Positions 19,067 to 27,247 of a DNA stretch of 64,000 nt are shown piece after piece. The DNA is taken from the NCBI GenBank assembly GCA_030427705.1, contig JAUIBR010000002.1, positions 156,631 through 220,630 of the forward strand, in the 5' to 3' direction. The translations under genes were made by a program, and so were the position numbers. Position 1 is the first letter of the stretch. The number at the start of each line of letters is the position of its first letter. The notes beneath the pieces were generated by a model that made no database searches, had not been told where the DNA came from, and was given only the letters and a program-made list of their open reading frames with translations. This stretch comes from a bacterium (GTDB lineage: Bacteria; Myxococcota_A; Bradymonadia; Bradymonadales; Bradymonadaceae).

Positions 19067-21012
19067 TGGCTAGTCGTACACGAAATTCAGTGTTGTACGC
19101 ACTGCGCTGGGATATCGCCGCAATCGCGATCCTGACGTTCCTCGTGGTCACCTACGATTGGTTGTCCCAGACGCGGGTTCGTGAAACGCCAAGCGAACTC
19201 ACTGCTGGCAGCCGTCCCCCCGATCGCACAGAGGGCGATATCCTGCTGCTTTTGCCGGATACGCCAAGTGCTGAAGCCAACCACATTAATGAGCTCGATT
19301 GCTCGTACAGCTGGTTCAATACGCTGTGGCAAGAGTACGGCTCGTTTGCGACCGCCCTCACCCGCGACCTTAGCCCCGAGATTTTAGCGGGCCGCACGCT
19401 AGTCATCGTGCCTGCACGTGTCGCGCGTGACATGCCAGCCAATGGCGTTCGGGCACTGGAATCGTTTGTAAAACGTGGTGGCAAACTCATTGTCGAGCGT
19501 CCAAACGAACAATGGACCTCACTGGCATCCGTCTTCACGACGGGCAAGGACCGACACGCCAGGCAAATCACGTCGGTGGAAGGTCTAGAACTGCGGGGTT
19601 CGATTCGTGACGACCTTCTCACCGTGCCGCTGACCGGATTGATGACCGCTGCGCCCGATATGGAGCCGTACCCAGACGGTCCATTATTGCTAGAGGTAGA
19701 CGGGCAAGCGGGCATCGTGCGCCAGGAGATCGAAAAAGGCGAAGTCTTCAGCTTCCTCTACAACCACGGCTGCGCGACTTTGGCGCTACAACAGGGGCGC
19801 CCAGCTGCGGAGTCGATGACCTTCAAGGGTAGTTCGGCAGCGGAGCGTTCGATTCACGTCGAAGAGTTGAGCAATCGCATCCCGCACGCTGACCTTCTGG
19901 ACCGTGCGATCCTTCGACGCGTAACGCGCGACCGCCCCACGCCTCGATTCTGGTACTTCCCATCGACCTTTTCGGGCGCGATGATCATGACTCTGGATGC
20001 GCCGGAAGACTTCGCCAGCGCGTTGTCATTCGCAGATTTGGCGAAGAAACGCGAAGGCGCAACGACCATCTACGTCGCCGCCGATCGGCTTGATGACACG
20101 CAGGCCGCGCTCGCGCGCAAGACCGGGGCCGAGATTGGGTTGTCTTGGGTTCGCGGCGTGAACCGACCGTTCGTGACAGAATCGGTTGGTATCGGGGGAC
20201 TGCGCCCTGTCGCAACGGAGTTGGACTTAAACGCACAATTCACGCGGCTAAATCTCACGCTGCCGGATTCTGAACCGCTACGACTTGGCCGGGTAGAAGA
20301 ATCGATGATGCAACCCGACTGGGCGTCGACATTCCGCCAGCTTGCGGCCGCGCGAGTTCGGATGAGCTCCACATTGGGTCCAACCAAACGCGACCAATGG
20401 GGCTATCTGTTTGGAACGGGTTTCCCGTTCTACCCGCTGGACGATCGCGGACTTCCGCTCCCGATGCTCGAGTCGCCGTTCGTCATGTCTGGTGCCAGTT
20501 TGAGCCGCCCGCGATTGGAGTCACTCTTGGGCCGAAGCGAAGGTGGCGACTTCCAGGTTCTGGTTCTCTCGATTCCGAGCGATGTCATGGCGCGCGCCCC
20601 GTCCGCAGGGGTCTTGCTAGCATTCAAAGATGCGTTCGACCTGGCTCGCAAGCATGACCATTGGGTGGCACAGCATGGCGAACTTCTGGACTTCCTTTCG
20701 GTTCGCCGCCGATCGGTATTGACCAGCCAATTCAGCAAGGAGCAGCGCAAGCTGACGATCAGCGCAAACGTACTCGGTGCTCGGTCCATTTCGATCGAGT
20801 CGGGGTCGATTCCGAGCGTCGCGTTCCCAAAGACGTGGGATGGAGAAGGCGTCGAGGTCGTCGAACTCGACGGTGAGCCCGTGGACCTGCGAAAGTTGGC
20901 CCAACGCGGCAGTGAGTACGTCGTCGAAGTTGGCATTGGGCGCCACGTTCTGATGGTTCAGTACGCGGAACCCAAGGCCCTAAAGATCGACGAAGAAGCG
21001 GCTAATGAATGA
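19066..21012 (+). CDS. Membrane-anchored 648-aa protein, paralogue B; function unknown
   Basis: ATGA overlap with paralogue A at 19066. N-terminal TM (IAAIAILTFLVVTY). Matches A at FGTGFPFYPLDDRGLPLP, VRRRSVLTSQF, PRFWYFPSTFSGAMIMTLDAPED. Same length as A. Confidence 0.6.
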   Translation: MASRTRNSVLYALRWDIAAIAILTFLVVTYDWLSQTRVRETPSELTAGSRPPDRTEGDILLLLPDTPSAEANHINELDCSYSWFNTLWQEYGSFATALTRDLSPEILAGRTLVIVPARVARDMPANGVRALESFVKRGGKLIVERPNEQWTSLASVFTTGKDRHARQITSVEGLELRGSIRDDLLTVPLTGLMTAAPDMEPYPDGPLLLEVDGQAGIVRQEIEKGEVFSFLYNHGCATLALQQGRPAAESMTFKGSSAAERSIHVEELSNRIPHADLLDRAILRRVTRDRPTPRFWYFPSTFSGAMIMTLDAPEDFASALSFADLAKKREGATTIYVAADRLDDTQAALARKTGAEIGLSWVRGVNRPFVTESVGIGGLRPVATELDLNAQFTRLNLTLPDSEPLRLGRVEESMMQPDWASTFRQLAAARVRMSSTLGPTKRDQWGYLFGTGFPFYPLDDRGLPLPMLESPFVMSGASLSRPRLESLLGRSEGGDFQVLVLSIPSDVMARAPSAGVLLAFKDAFDLARKHDHWVAQHGELLDFLSVRRRSVLTSQFSKEQRKLTISANVLGARSISIESGSIPSVAFPKTWDGEGVEVVELDGEPVDLRKLAQRGSEYVVEVGIGRHVLMVQYAEPKALKIDEEAANE

Positions 21013-21934
21013 TGCTTTCGCCAGACTCGGCAGTATCGATCGTCACAAAGACTGCGCCCGTCACAATCCAAATCACGACACCAAGTAGCGCCGTAATCAG
21101 CCAGTTACCAAGCTGGATTCCGATGAATGCGTACTCTTTGAGAATCGCGATACTGATGGCCGAGGTGATCGAACCGCCAATGACGATCAGTCCCGTCACG
21201 AAGATGACCACAGCCACTGCGCCCAAGAGCAGCGCCCAATACTTCTTGGCCGACTCGAACGACTCGGTGAGCGCTTCAATCGGATTATGGCCGACGGCCG
21301 CGTAGAACGTGCTCATCATCAGCAAGAACCCAGCGACTAAGCCGGGAATCACGCAGAAGACGACGCCAATACCAACGATGACGGATACGATCACCGACGT
21401 AATCGCAACCGGGATCGCTCGACTTAGCGCCGATTTTGCGACGCCGCCAATGCCGTCCACCGATTGGGGTCCCTGAACCAACATCTGCTTAAGCGGCGCA
21501 AAAAGGCTCGCTCGCAGCGCCGTCATGATCACGCCCCGAATCACGTTCACGCCCGTCAATCCGTAGAAGACGAACTCGGTAGCCGAACCAAACACGCCTT
21601 CGAACGAAACTGCCGAGACAACGATCGCAAACAGCACGAACAAGAAGTCGATGGCAAAGATACCCACCCAAACCGCGAGGATTGGGCCCAGAAAGCGTCC
21701 GGCCACCGTCTTGATGTTCTCGACCACGTCATCAAACGTGGGGTCGTATACGCCGCCAGCCAGACCCGGCTGAGCGTGCCCAGCGAAGGGATCATGTTGC
21801 GGTTGCGGCTGTTGTGGCTGCTGTGGCTGCCCAAACGGATCTTGCCCCGGCCCCGGTGGTTGGTTCCAGTCGTTCGACATATCTGCTCCATAGTTGTGAA
21901 CCCCCATTCCATCGATCCCAAGGCATGCTGTCAA
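21002..21934 (-). CDS. Polytopic membrane protein with Pro/Gln-rich N-terminus, function unknown
   Basis: Hydrophobic helices throughout. N-terminal low-complexity stretch PPGPGQDPFGQPQQPQQPQPQ. The start is uncertain; MSNDW at 21880 is possible. Confidence 0.45.
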   Translation of the reverse strand: MTACLGIDGMGVHNYGADMSNDWNQPPGPGQDPFGQPQQPQQPQPQHDPFAGHAQPGLAGGVYDPTFDDVVENIKTVAGRFLGPILAVWVGIFAIDFLFVLFAIVVSAVSFEGVFGSATEFVFYGLTGVNVIRGVIMTALRASLFAPLKQMLVQGPQSVDGIGGVAKSALSRAIPVAITSVIVSVIVGIGVVFCVIPGLVAGFLLMMSTFYAAVGHNPIEALTESFESAKKYWALLLGAVAVVIFVTGLIVIGGSITSAISIAILKEYAFIGIQLGNWLITALLGVVIWIVTGAVFVTIDTAESGESIIH

Positions 21935-22022
21935 GAACGGCGTTTCACAGCCGTTGAATCGGCTTGCGCAACCACAGCAACAGCGCTATCACCTTTACAT
22001 CTGTAGACATTGACCTTTTTGA

Positions 22023-23462
22023 ATGCACGTGAGGGCCATAATGCTCCATCGACGGAATTCGTGCGTAGGTTTGCTGGCGATTGCCGCAACTCTATGCGTA
22101 GCTAGTGACGCCGCCGCCTCCGGTTTTGCTGCTGCTCGCTTTGGTGGCGAGCGCGGAAACCCAACCGAATCCAACCCGACAGCGCTGTACTACAATCCAG
22201 CAGGGATTGGCTTTGCGGACGGAACGCACTTCTATCTGGACGTGAACACTGCGATTCGCTCGGCGACATACACCCGTCCCGAAGGCGCCATCGATAATCC
22301 CGGCGATGCGGACGCGATTGCGGCCAATACCGGTGAGGGCACCGCAAGCAACATCATCGTTGCGCCAATGGCAGGTGTGACGACCGACTTCGGCATCGAC
22401 ATGCCTTTGAAGATCGGCGCGGCGTTCTTCGTGCCATTTGGTGGTTCGACGGTCTGGGACAAAACGGAAGCTTCGGCTGACTACCCAGGCGCCGAAGACG
22501 GCCCACAGCGTTGGTACGCGATCGAGGGTTCCATCACGACCTTGGGTGTCGCACTTGGCGGCGCTTACAAGCTCGAAGGACCGCGTCTCTCGTTGGGCCT
22601 TACGGGTAACCTCTACCTCAGCTCGATCAACACGATCCGCGCTCGTAACGCAGACGGCACGGACGATTTGACAGAGGCTGGCGCACTGAAAGAAGGCCGT
22701 TCGTGGCTCGATGTCTCGAGCGTCGACTTCGGACTGGGCGCCGGTATCCTGTGGGAAGCATGGCGTCGCAAGGCTTGGATTGGCCTGAGCTACCAAAGCG
22801 CACCAAACTTCACGGGCAAATACACGTACGAAGGCACGCTGACCAACCGTTTGGCGACGGCTGCCGAGCGAGACGTCAACGAGGAAATCCGCGTCGATGC
22901 TGCACTTCCCGATATCCTTCGCTGGGGTATTCGTGTTCGACCAAAGATTCGCCACGAATTCCGTTTGTTTGGCGATGTGACCTTTTGGAGCCGATTCGAG
23001 CAGCAATGCTTGTACGGCGCTGACGTCGATGACCCTGAAGCAGCTTGCGAACTTAACGAAGACGGCTCGGCCGCAAACCCTGACGCAGGGCCTATCGTTC
23101 AATCGCTTCAACGTAACTACGAGAACGCATGGGGCATCCGCCTTGGATACTCCTACTGGTTCATGAAAGAGCTCGAATTGCAGTTGGGCGCGGGATACGA
23201 CGGCAACGCCATCCCGGATGCTCACGTCGACTCGGCTCTCATGGACATGGACAAGTTCAGCGCCGCCCTCTTCGTCGTCTACGACTTCACGGAGTGGTTC
23301 AAGTTCCAGATCGGAGCGACGAACATCTTCTACATGGAGCGTGACACGACTGGCGCAGCTGATAACAGCGATCTAGAGCTGCCTTCGCGGCAGCCAGGTA
23401 ACGAAGGGATTTACCACCAGAATATTCTGGTCGTGAATACGGGATTCTTCCTGAACTTCTAG
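22023..23462 (+). CDS. FadL/TodX-family outer-membrane hydrophobic-compound channel (putative)
   Basis: Signal peptide then SGFAAARFGGERGNPTESNPTALYYNPAGIGF, the FadL-type N-terminus. About 450 aa, C-terminal ...NTGFFLNF (terminal Phe). Confidence 0.55.
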   Translation: MHVRAIMLHRRNSCVGLLAIAATLCVASDAAASGFAAARFGGERGNPTESNPTALYYNPAGIGFADGTHFYLDVNTAIRSATYTRPEGAIDNPGDADAIAANTGEGTASNIIVAPMAGVTTDFGIDMPLKIGAAFFVPFGGSTVWDKTEASADYPGAEDGPQRWYAIEGSITTLGVALGGAYKLEGPRLSLGLTGNLYLSSINTIRARNADGTDDLTEAGALKEGRSWLDVSSVDFGLGAGILWEAWRRKAWIGLSYQSAPNFTGKYTYEGTLTNRLATAAERDVNEEIRVDAALPDILRWGIRVRPKIRHEFRLFGDVTFWSRFEQQCLYGADVDDPEAACELNEDGSAANPDAGPIVQSLQRNYENAWGIRLGYSYWFMKELELQLGAGYDGNAIPDAHVDSALMDMDKFSAALFVVYDFTEWFKFQIGATNIFYMERDTTGAADNSDLELPSRQPGNEGIYHQNILVVNTGFFLNF

Positions 23463-23528
23463 GCCCAATTAGATTCGCAACTGAAAATCAAACATACTGA
23501 GCTTCCTCAGGAAGCACATGGCGATACG

Positions 23529-24335
23529 ATGAAATCAACACTTCTAAAAACTTCTATCGTGGGTCTCTTGGCCCTTGGCGCAGGCGTCGGTTGCACCAGC
23601 CCGGATCCAGCGGCCTCGCTTGAGGCGTTTGAAAGCCGCACCGAAGAGGACCGTAAGATTCCGGACATGGACACTGGCGACGGTGTACAAGCGGACATCT
23701 CGGGCACGTACCTTCTTGGCCTTTCGACGGTGTTGAACCGGACGGTTCCCATCTACCTTTTGGTCAATGTCGAGGTGGACGAGAACTTCGTCGCGAACTT
23801 CGAATTCCAACCGCTCGGAACCGATGAACAACCTGACCCGCGCATGCCAGTCGGCGACCTCATCATTCCCGGCCCGTCTCAAATCAACGAAGACGGCACG
23901 TTTACGGTTTCGCTCGATATGGTGACGGTTCCTGGTGAAGCCAACCCAATCACGGGCGGTAACATCCTGGCGGACATTCAACTGAATGGTGTTGTTCGAT
24001 CCGAAACCGATTGGTGCGGAAGCGCTGAAGGTCAGGCTTACGAGCCCACACCGTTGAACCTCGCCGGCACGACCTTCGGAACATTGCCAACGACGAACGA
24101 CGCGGATTGGTCTGCGCTTCCTCCCATCCTCAATTGCGATGGACCGTCGGCAAACAACGCGAACAACATGAACAACATGAACAACGCGAATAACTCGAAC
24201 AACACGAATAATTCGAACAACTCGAACAACTCGAACAACTCGAACAACTCGAACAATTCGAACAACTCGAACAACTCGAACAACTCGAACAACTCGAACA
24301 ACTCGAACAACTCGAACAACTCGAACGGCGGGTAG
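23529..24335 (+). CDS. Lipoprotein with C-terminal poly(NNS/NNV) tail
   Basis: Lipobox LALGAGVGC-TS. The C-terminus is ~60 aa of NNANNMNNMNNANNSNN(TNNSNN)n encoded by a hexanucleotide repeat. Confidence 0.6.
   Translation: MKSTLLKTSIVGLLALGAGVGCTSPDPAASLEAFESRTEEDRKIPDMDTGDGVQADISGTYLLGLSTVLNRTVPIYLLVNVEVDENFVANFEFQPLGTDEQPDPRMPVGDLIIPGPSQINEDGTFTVSLDMVTVPGEANPITGGNILADIQLNGVVRSETDWCGSAEGQAYEPTPLNLAGTTFGTLPTTNDADWSALPPILNCDGPSANNANNMNNMNNANNSNNTNNSNNSNNSNNSNNSNNSNNSNNSNNSNNSNNSNNSNNSNGG
24143..24323 (+). repeat. Coding hexanucleotide microsatellite (AACAACTCGAAC-type, ~30 hexamer units, imperfect at the 5' end) specifying the Asn-rich tail
   Basis: Runs of aacaactcgaac/aacaattcgaac are directly visible. 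The minus-frame shadow ORF 24038..24457 (ELFELFELF...) is an artefact of this repeat. Confidence 0.9.
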
Positions 24336-24341
24336 TTCGAC

Positions 24342-24779
24342 ATGTTGGAACTGGATCTAAACGAAGACCAAATGGTCCATCTCGTGCGCCTTCTGATGGG
24401 CGCCGCGATGGCAGATGGTGAGTTCGACGGGCTGGAAGCTGGCGAGATCAGCGACATCCTGCATGAGGTGTTCGATGGTGACGTACCGTCGGCAGTGTCG
24501 ATGGAGATGGCGAAGTTTGAGGTCGAGGACTTCTCGGTTCAGGAGTCGTGCGACGCGCTGAATTTCTCGACGGATGCGCAGCGTTCAGCCCTAATTGCCT
24601 TGGTGACGCGTGTGACCGAGGCTGACAGCCTTCACGACCTGGCCGAGAGCTCGTACATCAAACAGGTCGTTGGTGCGATTGGCGGTGACGTGGAAGCTTA
24701 CGAGCAACACATGTACGAGGTTGTCGTCGTTCGACCGCCGCCACTTCCGACGTCCACGCAGCGCAATAAGAAGCGCTAG
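24342..24779 (+). CDS. Small acidic protein, possibly TerB-like
   Basis: 145 aa, helical and acidic, with an MADGEFDGLEAGEI pattern reminiscent of the TerB/DjlA N-terminal fold. Lies 6 nt downstream of the lipoprotein gene. Confidence 0.3.
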   Translation: MLELDLNEDQMVHLVRLLMGAAMADGEFDGLEAGEISDILHEVFDGDVPSAVSMEMAKFEVEDFSVQESCDALNFSTDAQRSALIALVTRVTEADSLHDLAESSYIKQVVGAIGGDVEAYEQHMYEVVVVRPPPLPTSTQRNKKR

Positions 24780-25420
24780 AAGACGTAGCGGGCCGTAAAC
24801 AAGGCCTGACCTGCGAACTCCATTTCCCAATCAACAACGCCGGTGTTCACGGCGTTCCAATCATATTCTGGGATGGGCATAACCAAGCTTCGCAGCGCCA
24901 TGCCTAGCTTGAAGTCGCCCAGATTGATTTCACCGCCGACGCCTACGAAGCCAACGGGTGCCACCGTAAATGTATCGGCTCCGTAGACTTCGGCGTATGT
25001 GAACTCTGCTCCGCCGCCCGCGTGGATATTGGGCGTGATGAACCAGTCAGGGAAAAAGCGCGCACCGACAGCCAATTGGGTATGGGCCGATTTGCGTTCA
25101 ATTCCATTTTTCTCGGGTTCGGACGTCGTGTGATAGGCGTCCAACGATAGCTCCGTGAAGAAGTGCTGCCCGACATCCACGGTCCCGAAGATTCCAACGC
25201 CATTCATTCGGCAGGCGGTCCAGTCCGTGTTGCCCTTCTCGTTTAGGTGCTTGAATCCGTATCCACCGATTCGAAACCCAAGCGAGAATCGTACGGGAGG
25301 AGGCTCAGCTTCCGTCTCGTCCACGTTGATTTGCACATTCATGTTCAATTCGTCGGCGCTCGCCATGCTGGGAATTGAGAGGAACATCGCCATTACAACC
25401 ACTATCCATTTCGTCTTCAT
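24776..25420 (-). CDS. Small outer-membrane beta-barrel protein (OmpW/OmpA-beta-like), putative
   Basis: ATG at 25420 follows GAGG and gives signal MKTKWIVVVMAMFLSIPSMASA. Alternating beta-strand pattern, C-terminal ...ALFTARYVF. Confidence 0.5.
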   Translation of the reverse strand: MKTKWIVVVMAMFLSIPSMASADELNMNVQINVDETEAEPPPVRFSLGFRIGGYGFKHLNEKGNTDWTACRMNGVGIFGTVDVGQHFFTELSLDAYHTTSEPEKNGIERKSAHTQLAVGARFFPDWFITPNIHAGGGAEFTYAEVYGADTFTVAPVGFVGVGGEINLGDFKLGMALRSLVMPIPEYDWNAVNTGVVDWEMEFAGQALFTARYVF

Positions 25421-25487
25421 CTTGACCTCGCGTTGAGTTTCCATGCTTTCAACAACATTCGTCGGGACGCTCGCGAGATTTTGTGCG

Positions 25488-27212
25488 ATGAAATTTCGAA
25501 TTTTGCGGGATTGTCCGACTATGGGTTTCTCGAAAACGCTTATCCGGGGACCTTTGGTGCAGGCGCTGCTGATTGCACTATTGTCTTTGGTTTGCGGTTC
25601 AGCAGCCGCGCAGATGCCCACCGTCGAACGCGCCCAACGCTCGGTCGTTGAAGGGTTGGCTGCCGCGAAGGCGGTCTCCGAGTTTTCGGTGACGTATCAG
25701 CCGCCGCCGACGCATGAGTCGATTCGCTTCGAGGGAAACGTACTCATCCCGTCCATTGTCTTGGGTTCGGCCGTTCGCCTGCCAACAAATGCGGAGGTGT
25801 CCGAGCAAAACGCCAAAATCGTTGCGAAGCAAATTCTGGAGGCGTATCGGAACGCGGGCTACGTGTTGGCGCAAACGCAAGGCCTGGTTGTCGATGATGA
25901 GTTCGTCGTGCTCATCGCCGAAGGCAAAATCAACAAGACGGTTATCGTAGGCGCAAGCGACTTCACGACGCTGAACATGCGCTACGAATTCCAGCTGCCA
26001 GGGAACACCTACAATCGTTTTCAGGTGGCGAAGGAAACAGAGCGCCTGGCCAAGAAGTACGGATTCACAAAGATCGATTTCGAGGTCGTTTCCAAGCATC
26101 GCGGGGAAATGCTCTTCAATCTGCATCAGTTTGCTCCAGGGCTTGAGCGGACTCGGGACGATCAGTTTGAAGAGGCGCTGAAGCAGCTTTCAGACCAGCA
26201 TGATCTGGTATTGCGATGCCGAACCGAACGACCTGACACGTCGTTCGGCTACGGATTGCGCGTCCTTCCGCCTTTTGGTCTGGAACTCTACACACGCTAT
26301 CGGGACAAGACGTTGTTGCTGGAAGATGACGTGTTCGAGGTTGGTGGCAACCTGTCAGGAGGCGTCGACTCTGGCTTCACCCGCGCATCCGCGGATGCAC
26401 AGTGGCAAAGTCCGCCCATCGTCGGCGATTGGCTTGTTCCCGGCGTAAAGACGCAGGCCAAATTGACGCGGCTTTCTCGTGGAGACTTGGACCTCGATAG
26501 ATACTGGCTCTTCGAAACGATTCAATTGGGTCGGATGGGTCTGCGTTTTGGTGAGGACAGCGTGATTTCTCTGGGTGTCGGCGTTCGATACGACAATGCG
26601 TTTCGATTGGATACGAATGAAGAGACGCCAGACTATGTGAACGCAGAAGAACGGGTATTCGGACTCACTCAGCTCGACATCGACCTCAGATTTCCTGAGC
26701 CGGGTGTGCTTCGCTTGGATAAAACCCACTTCCTCCGAATTACGTTCACCAACTACGACATCATCCAAACGAACACGATCCTCAAGTCGACGCTGCGGTA
26801 CCAGAAGGCATTTACGTTTGGTTACAACGACCTGTTTTTCCGTAGCCGGATCGTCGCGCTGTTGGGGGAAGGCATAAGTTGGCAGGATGAAATCACGTTA
26901 GGTTCAAACATCATCAAGGTGGTTCCGGGCGATGTCAGCTTCACGCCGCGAACGGCCCAAGTGGGTGCGGAGTCTCGACTGTCGGTGTATCGAGATCTCG
27001 TAAAACTAAACGTTATCGCTGGCGTGGCTGGCTATTCGAAGCTCACCCCGGATGATGCGTTCGTCGACCCTTCCATGGTCTTCGTCATGGGACCCGGACT
27101 TTCCCTCATGATTCTCGACGTTTTTGCGATCGACGCTTACTACCCAATCGGCGTGAATCTTGATGGAGACGTGAAGGCGCAGTTCTCATTCGACATCAAG
27201 AAGGTATTCTGA
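25488..27212 (+). CDS. Outer-membrane protein with POTRA-like N-terminal module (Omp85/ShlB-like), putative
   Basis: Signal ...LVQALLIALLSLVCGSAAAQ (an alternative ATG is at 25521). POTRA-like segment VVDDEFVVLIAEGKINKTVIVGASDF...YGFTKIDFEV. C-terminal strand pattern ends ...FSFDIKKVF. Confidence 0.35.
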   Translation: MKFRILRDCPTMGFSKTLIRGPLVQALLIALLSLVCGSAAAQMPTVERAQRSVVEGLAAAKAVSEFSVTYQPPPTHESIRFEGNVLIPSIVLGSAVRLPTNAEVSEQNAKIVAKQILEAYRNAGYVLAQTQGLVVDDEFVVLIAEGKINKTVIVGASDFTTLNMRYEFQLPGNTYNRFQVAKETERLAKKYGFTKIDFEVVSKHRGEMLFNLHQFAPGLERTRDDQFEEALKQLSDQHDLVLRCRTERPDTSFGYGLRVLPPFGLELYTRYRDKTLLLEDDVFEVGGNLSGGVDSGFTRASADAQWQSPPIVGDWLVPGVKTQAKLTRLSRGDLDLDRYWLFETIQLGRMGLRFGEDSVISLGVGVRYDNAFRLDTNEETPDYVNAEERVFGLTQLDIDLRFPEPGVLRLDKTHFLRITFTNYDIIQTNTILKSTLRYQKAFTFGYNDLFFRSRIVALLGEGISWQDEITLGSNIIKVVPGDVSFTPRTAQVGAESRLSVYRDLVKLNVIAGVAGYSKLTPDDAFVDPSMVFVMGPGLSLMILDVFAIDAYYPIGVNLDGDVKAQFSFDIKKVF

Positions 27213-27247
27213 GGTGAATTGGGCCATACTGTTGGCTCGGAGCGCAG

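Noticed and set aside
21945-21975. AACGGC-N8-GCCGTT inverted repeat upstream of two divergent genes
   Set aside because: A short 6-bp stem with no T-tract and no obvious operator partner, so too weak to call. Noted only as a possible regulator-binding palindrome.
24038-24457. 139-aa minus-strand ORF reading ...ELFELFELFELF...
   Set aside because: Frame artefact of the hexanucleotide Asn-codon microsatellite in the plus-strand lipoprotein gene. It has no start context and is pure low complexity.
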